Of a stretch of 64,000 bases of DNA, positions 58,104 through 64,000 are shown one piece after another; positions within the stretch are counted from its first letter, which is position 1, and every line of letters starts with the position of its first letter. The stretch comes from Octopus vulgaris (lineage: Eukaryota), in NCBI GenBank assembly GCA_951406725.2, contig OX597838.1, positions 2,666,001 to 2,730,000 of the forward strand, read 5' to 3'. A program made the position numbers and the translations under genes. Under the pieces are notes generated by a model. The model had not been told where the DNA came from, ran no database searches, and saw only the letters and a list, made by a program, of their open reading frames with translations.

Positions 58104-58148
58104 ATTCCTGAAAGATTGCCCAGTCTAATGAGATACTCTGAGTAGCAA
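58104..58148 (+). ncRNA. Degenerate PLE-type hammerhead-like motif
   Basis: ttc CTGAAAGA TTGcc...tga GATAC tctga GTA gcaa has the same layout as the 45077 motif, but the core is damaged. Confidence 0.35.
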
Positions 58149-58496
58149 CAGAGACATTAATTTCTAATACACCCACTCGCAAGCATAGGTGTGTGTGTAT
58201 ATTGCTTATCCTCTAAGAGTGCCTGTCTTGTAAGAGAAGACGATACTTCATTTAAGTCCAGAAAGACATCTCCTCCACCTGGTTTATTTAGTGCAGTTCA
58301 GCGTATGTATATATACTTTTATTTATTTCATTTTATTGTGTTTGTTTTTAAGTTTTCCAAGACTACGTGCTTATTATTTGTATTGGATCTCCTCAGTGTT
58401 GGGAAAACACATGACAACAGTTCACCTCACTTGTAATATATAGAAAATGCAGTGTCATACAATCACTAAGAAACTATTCCGTTAGAAAATTTCTGG

Positions 58497-58542
<46 letters not shown>

Positions 58543-58543
<1 letters not shown>

Positions 58544-58735
58544 CCATGATAGATCGTTAGCCACTACACACATTTCTTTTCTCTCCTTGTTTTTTCTGTG
58601 TCCCTTTCTGTAGAAGAGCGTAGGCTCGAAACGTAAAAGTCTTTTTCTATTCCTGAGCATTATACTAATACATCTGTTTGTTTTGTACACCACCTGTCTC
58701 CGTCTTTGTTTTTTTTTTTCGTAAAATCTCCCTAT
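58543..58735 (+). mobile_element. Family H PLE-like element with hammerhead-like motif at 58604-58639
   Basis: cttt CTGTAGAA GAGC gtag GCTC GAAAC GTA aaag; flanked by (TA)n; an inverted partial copy follows at ~58765-58870. Confidence 0.8.
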
Positions 58736-60674
58736 ATACATACATACATATATATATATATGCGAAAGCAGGTGTATTAGTTTGACGCTCAGGAAAAACG
58801 GAAAAGTCTTTTACGTTTCGCGCCTACACTCTTCGACAGAAAGGAATAAGAGGGAAAAATGGAGAAGGAATGAAAAAAACTGACATAGAGTAGTAGCACT
58901 TGTTAGGGCTACAGTTGTGAGTTAATTAATTTGTGAACCACTTGAAGTGAAGGTCTGTTAGATCACTTTAGAACTTCCTTCTACAAAAAGATAAAGTTGG
59001 ATAAAAAAGAAAAAAATCACTGAAGTGCAGTCGGCTTCTGGTCGTCTGAACTCCTGTTGTGCCACTGGTTTTATGACTGATTGAGACCAATGGTGGGTTT
59101 AGTGCTCTGGAACAGTTCATCCACTCAAAATAGGAAGTTCTTGGACTCGTGAAACATTTGCACAGACTTACTGAGTTTAAGAAATGGACTTCCTTGTCTA
59201 CGAGTTAACCTCTACCATACATAGACATACATATATATTTATGTGTGTGTATAGATATGTGTGTGTGTGCATTTATGTAAGTAGGTTTGCTGTTTCTCTT
59301 TCTAAATTTAGACTGTTTGTGAAGGAAAGCATCGTGATTTGTTAATCACCCTTTAATCTTATGCTGATCTTGCAGCCCTTCCTTGTCCCAGATATCGTGA
59401 TCATTTGTAGGGCATAGATTAAAGAGTGACTTTCTCTCCTCAAATCCAGGTGGGTTGGTACACATCCTGTTGCTCCAGCAATAATAGGTACAAAACTGAA
59501 AGTATATCTTGGGTACTGTATATATGTATATATGTGTGTATGTCAATAGTTATATATATTTCGTGTGTATGTGTATGAGAAGCGCACCTAGAATTACCAT
59601 CCGATTTTCTTTAAAAGATATATTTTTCTTTGAGGGAAATTTGGCCGCAGTTTCTAACACAGTTTGAGGCCAGTTTGAGGCTAAGAGCTGTGTATTGTAA
59701 AATCTCCCTATATACATACATACATATATATATATATGCGAAAGCAGGTGTATTAGTTTGACGCTCAGGAAAAACGGAAAAGTCTTTTACGTTTCGCGCC
59801 TACACTCTTCGACAGAAAGGAATAAGAGGGAAAAATGGAGAAGGAATGAAAAAACTGACATAGAGTAGTAGCACTTGTTAGGGCTACAGTTGTGAGTTAA
59901 TTAATTTGTGAACCACTTGAAGTGAAGGTCTGTTAGATCACTTTAGAACTTCCTTCTACAAAAAGATAAAGTTGGATAAAAAGAAAAAAATCACTGAAGT
60001 GCAGTCGGCTTCTGGTCGTCTGAACTCCTGTTGTGCCACTGGTTTTATGACTGATTGAGACCAATGGTGGGTTTAGTGCTCTGGAACAGTTCATCCACTC
60101 AAAATAGGAAGTTCTTGGACTCGTGAAACATTTGCACAGACTTACTGAGTTTAAGAAATGGACTTCCTTGTCTACGAGTTAACCTCTACCATACATAGAC
60201 ATACATATATATTTATGTGTATGTATAGATATGTGTGTGTGTGCATTTATGTAAGTAGGTTTGCTGTTTCTCTTTCTAAATTTAGACTGTTTGTGAAGGA
60301 AAGCATCGTGATTTGTTAATCACCCTTTAATCTTATGCTGATCTTGCAGCCCTTCCTTGTCCCAGATATCGTGATCATTTGTAGGGCATAGATTAAAGAG
60401 TGACTTTCTCTCCTCAAATCCAGGTGGGTTGGTACACATCCTGTTGCTCCAGCAATAATAGGTACAAAACTGAAAGTATATCTTGGGTACTGTATATATG
60501 TATATATGTGTGTATGTCAATAGTTATATATATTTCGTGTGTATGTGTATGAGAAGCGCACCTAGAATTACCATCCGATTTTCTTTAAAAGATATATTTT
60601 TCTTTGAGGGAAATTCGGCCGCAGTTTCTAACACAGTTTCTAACACAGTTTGAGGCTAAGAGCTGTGTATTGTA
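58721..60674. repeat. ~975-bp direct tandem duplication (58721-59696 / 59697-60671)
   Basis: Near-identical units; identical ORFs at 59346-59546 and 60320-60520; GTA microhomology at the junction. Confidence 0.95.
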
Positions 60675-61561
60675 GTTCAGTGACAGTCGCGGAGAATGAA
60701 TGTGAAATGCCAGCGTGAGCACCAAAGAGCCGAAACCGTAGTTTATCTGCTGATGGGAACAAGTTAACAAAAAATGGCAGAACTTTAGCTTAAGAAAACA
60801 AGAATCAGGGGAGACATTTATAGTACAAACTGTCAAGAGAAAATCATTAAAAAAAAAACGGTGAGAGAATATAGATTATAGACAACACTGATCTGACAGA
60901 CGAGAAAATGAAAAAAGATAAATTATATAAAGATATTGATACTTGAGCCATCTCATCGATACTTAACGCGGTTTGATACGGTTTTAGTTGGGGGAGAGGC
61001 ATACAGGCCGTGACACATACACGTTTTTAACTCTTTCTTTCACTTGTCTTGTTTAGAGTCTTTCGTTTCAAACAGAATGCATCAATGGTTTTAATTTTGT
61101 AGTCCGGAATATGTTTCTGGTCATTTTGTTCTTCCCAGCTTTAATACATTCTACGTGGCACATGGTGAAAAGTGAAGTGGGATTTTTCGATTGAGCAAGG
61201 GTAAGAATGGAATGGGATGTGCTGGGTTTGGGGAGTCTGTAAGAATGAGTGTACTTATATCGTCTTTTCTAGACAGGGGCACCTTTTTAGCGGCACTGTC
61301 TGATGTTGGACTTAACAGAAAATTTCAGAGCTACGAAAAAGGTGCGCATGTTTAGATGCTCACAGAATCGCTATGGAAAGTTGAAGAAGGATTGTGTGTA
61401 TATATATATATATATATATAAATATATATATTTATGTGAATGTGTGATGAACAAGGGATTTGTGTACATACATATATGTGTGTACGTGTCTGTATGTGTT
61501 GTTTGTATACTGTACAATATCTACATATGTGTGTATGTTTATACTTAGCAGGGACTGTATA

Positions 61562-61628
<67 letters not shown>

Positions 61629-61887
61629 ATGTATATATCTATATATACGTATGTATATATGTATGCATATGTATATATATACATATATACATTTATATGT
61701 ATATATATATATATATGTATTTATGTATGTATGTATGTATGTATGTATTTATGTATGTATGTATGTATGTATGTATGTATGTATGTATGTATGTATGTAT
61801 ATGTATATACGCATCTGCTGAAAGAGGATTGTGCGTATACTTACATGTGTATATGGGTTACTTCAACAAGGATTGTTTGTATGCATA

Positions 61888-61943
<56 letters not shown>

Positions 61944-62164
61944 TGTGTGTGTTTATGTGAGTGTGTGTATGTGTGTGTGTGTTCTGACCAAGGACTGTGT
62001 GTGTATAAATCACTTCTAAATTCGTTCCTCCTTTTCGTTGGCCCTGAATATAAGTACTGGACTCACTTGAACCTATGTCGGCATTCAAATGGGGGATGAC
62101 TTGAACCGGCTCCAGACAGTTAATCCACAGAATCGCCAACAGAAGCCGACCATTCTCAACTTTA

Positions 62165-62220
62165 ACAGGCGACCAACATGGCGATCGTCAACCAATCGCT
62201 ATTCCAATAGCAGTGGACGT
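62165..62220. promoter_or_regulatory. Promoter-like motif cluster (YY1-type AACATGGCG and two CCAAT boxes)
   Basis: ccaacatggcgatcgtcaaccaatcgctattccaatag in a CpG-containing unique patch. Confidence 0.25.
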
Positions 62221-62357
62221 CATCTATTCATATATGAGGATTAGATATCGATTCAAGATCCTTCTTGATCCTATTCATCAGCGTTAGACAATGAACAAGG
62301 ATATATATATATAAATATATATGTATATATGTGTATGTATATATATATATATATATA

Positions 62358-62895
62358 TATGTGAGGACTGATCAAAAACTACCGAGACTGATGCAATAAA
62401 AAGAAAACTCCGACACATATGAATTCGCCATTTTGTCTCCTTCGAAGTCGTCTCCTTCTGAAGCTTCACGCTTTATTCAGCGCCGTTTCAGTTGATGGAA
62501 GCTTCCTGAAGCTTCTTTCTTCGGATAGTCAGTAGCTACTTCATTGTATTCTCTTGGACTTCCTCGACATCTTGAAATCTGAGCCTTGGTTTTGGGGTCA
62601 TAGACATCGACTCAGAATTCGGCACTTTTTATAACGGATTTCAAAAAATTCTCGTTTTCCGCGACACAGTCAGCGATATCCAGCACAGCTGAACCACGAC
62701 CATCATATTTTCGAGACGACTACACTCTCCACACTTTACTTCCAAGTATTGTATGTAAACAACGGATGTAAGAACGGTCTCACTGACTGTTCATGCTTGA
62801 CAGTGTTCAAGGTCAATCTGTGCCAAACGGCTTTACTCTGGGTACGTTAGCCTCGTTACTATAGCAACTGTCCCGATACTTTCTGACAACCTCAT
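62358..62895 (-). mobile_element. Internally deleted mariner element with both ends
   Basis: TIR-like tatgtgaggactgatcaaaaa and ttctgacaacctcat; minus strand gives RFQDVEEVQEN and ASEGDDFEGD (mariner C-terminus); 5' leader homologous to 8295-8490. Confidence 0.75.
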
Positions 62896-63067
62896 GGCAA
62901 ACTCCCTAGTTTGTCGTTTTAGCCGTTGTCCACTTCACATTTGAGGCCAAGATTCGTGTGTAATGGTCGTTTGGATTACTAACGCAACCCGTGTTGTGTG
63001 GATTCCTCCTTCATTCCGCCTCCCAGATATTTTTTTCCTACGACGGCGTCTCCATAGCAGCAAAAAT

Positions 63068-63305
63068 TTCCTGCCTTAACATCACGTGATTTCTATCTCA
63101 ATAACAATACCTGCATCCTGCCTTAACAACACGTATGTTCCGCCATAACACCAGCATCTAACTCCTGTCTAAGGGCACATAACTGTTGCCTTATTAACAA
63201 CATGTGATGCCTGTTTATGGACAAAACACAACACCTGCTCTAATAATGCATAAATTAAATTCTACTTGAAATAACACATAACTTCACATGACCTCTGTCT
63301 AGAAA
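63068..63305. repeat. Degenerate short-period repeat (cctgccttaacaacac-like)
   Basis: Recurrent cctg(c/t)ct(t)aacaacac variants. Confidence 0.5.
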
Positions 63306-63766
63306 AACACAGGATTCCACGGCGTGGAGACTGCTTCCGTTGGAAAGTAACTTTATGATTAATTATTCTTCACCGAACTACTTTCGTAGGATATATTCTC
63401 CAGACACACATCCTAATTCACACACAAACACTTGCACACAAACGCGCACACACCTACACACACAAAACACCAAAGACATACACACAAGCACAAATTGATG
63501 CATACACGACAGAATGGAGAAATATATATGAAAGGATATTTCACGCAATATACATTATTGTTGAATCTAGAGAATATCAGGTCTATCAATGTACGCCATG
63601 AAGAGAAATACCATTGACGAGTAAGGTGATGTCACTTTGTGCCATTGTCCCTCTAGGAACCTGTGAGTGCATATTTCTAACGGAAAATCATACACACACA
63701 TAAACAAAGACTGAAACTCATCCACTCACAAATAAATATATATATATATATATATACATATATAAC

Positions 63767-63892
63767 GGGAAGCTTTACGAAAATAAACAAAAGACGAAGG
63801 CAGGTGGAGTACAAACAAACAATTGTATTAGTATGGCGCTCAGGAATAGAAATAAAACAAGTCTTTTACGTTTCGAGCCTACGCTCTTCAAC

Positions 63893-63893
<1 letters not shown>
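63767..63893 (-). mobile_element. Family H element, truncated within the hammerhead-like core and flanked by (TA)n
   Basis: Minus strand reads ..gttgaaGAGCgtagGCTCGAAACGTAaaagac...cctgagcgccatactaataca...cgtaaagcttccc. Confidence 0.75.
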
Positions 63894-63930
<37 letters not shown>

Positions 63931-64000
63931 GTTTATGTATTTATATATTTCATTTTTCTTTCATTGTATTTCGAATGAGAACGGAGCGGGGTGGACGGTG

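Noticed and set aside
59346-60520. Duplicated 66-aa ORF as a tandem gene pair
   Set aside because: The identity simply reflects the DNA duplication; it has a non-ATG start, begins in a microsatellite and has no recognisable domain.

Overview
This is a very AT-rich eukaryotic window saturated with microsatellites: (TA)n, (CA)n, (GATA)n, (TATG)n, (TAA)n, (TAG)n and (GAA)n. I see no credible intact host protein-coding exon, and nearly all listed ORFs are simple-repeat translations. The repeat repertoire resembles an octopod cephalopod intergenic or intronic region; this is inference from recalled families, not a database result. Recognisable content: at least four tRNA-headed SINE families (three copies with clear TSDs), several Tc1/mariner relics and a mariner-derived MITE, a cluster of three RLE-type (R4/Dong-like) LINE relics, RTE and L1/Tx1-like fragments, a decayed Penelope-like (PLE) RT/GIY-YIG ORF, long DNA palindromes, minisatellites and a ~975 bp tandem duplication. 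The most notable signal is about ten minimal type-I hammerhead-ribozyme-like motifs from several PLE-like families. Most sit in short non-autonomous elements embedded in (TA)n tracts, and one family consistently has a non-canonical CUGU core. They occur in palindromic, tail-to-tail and tandem arrangements.
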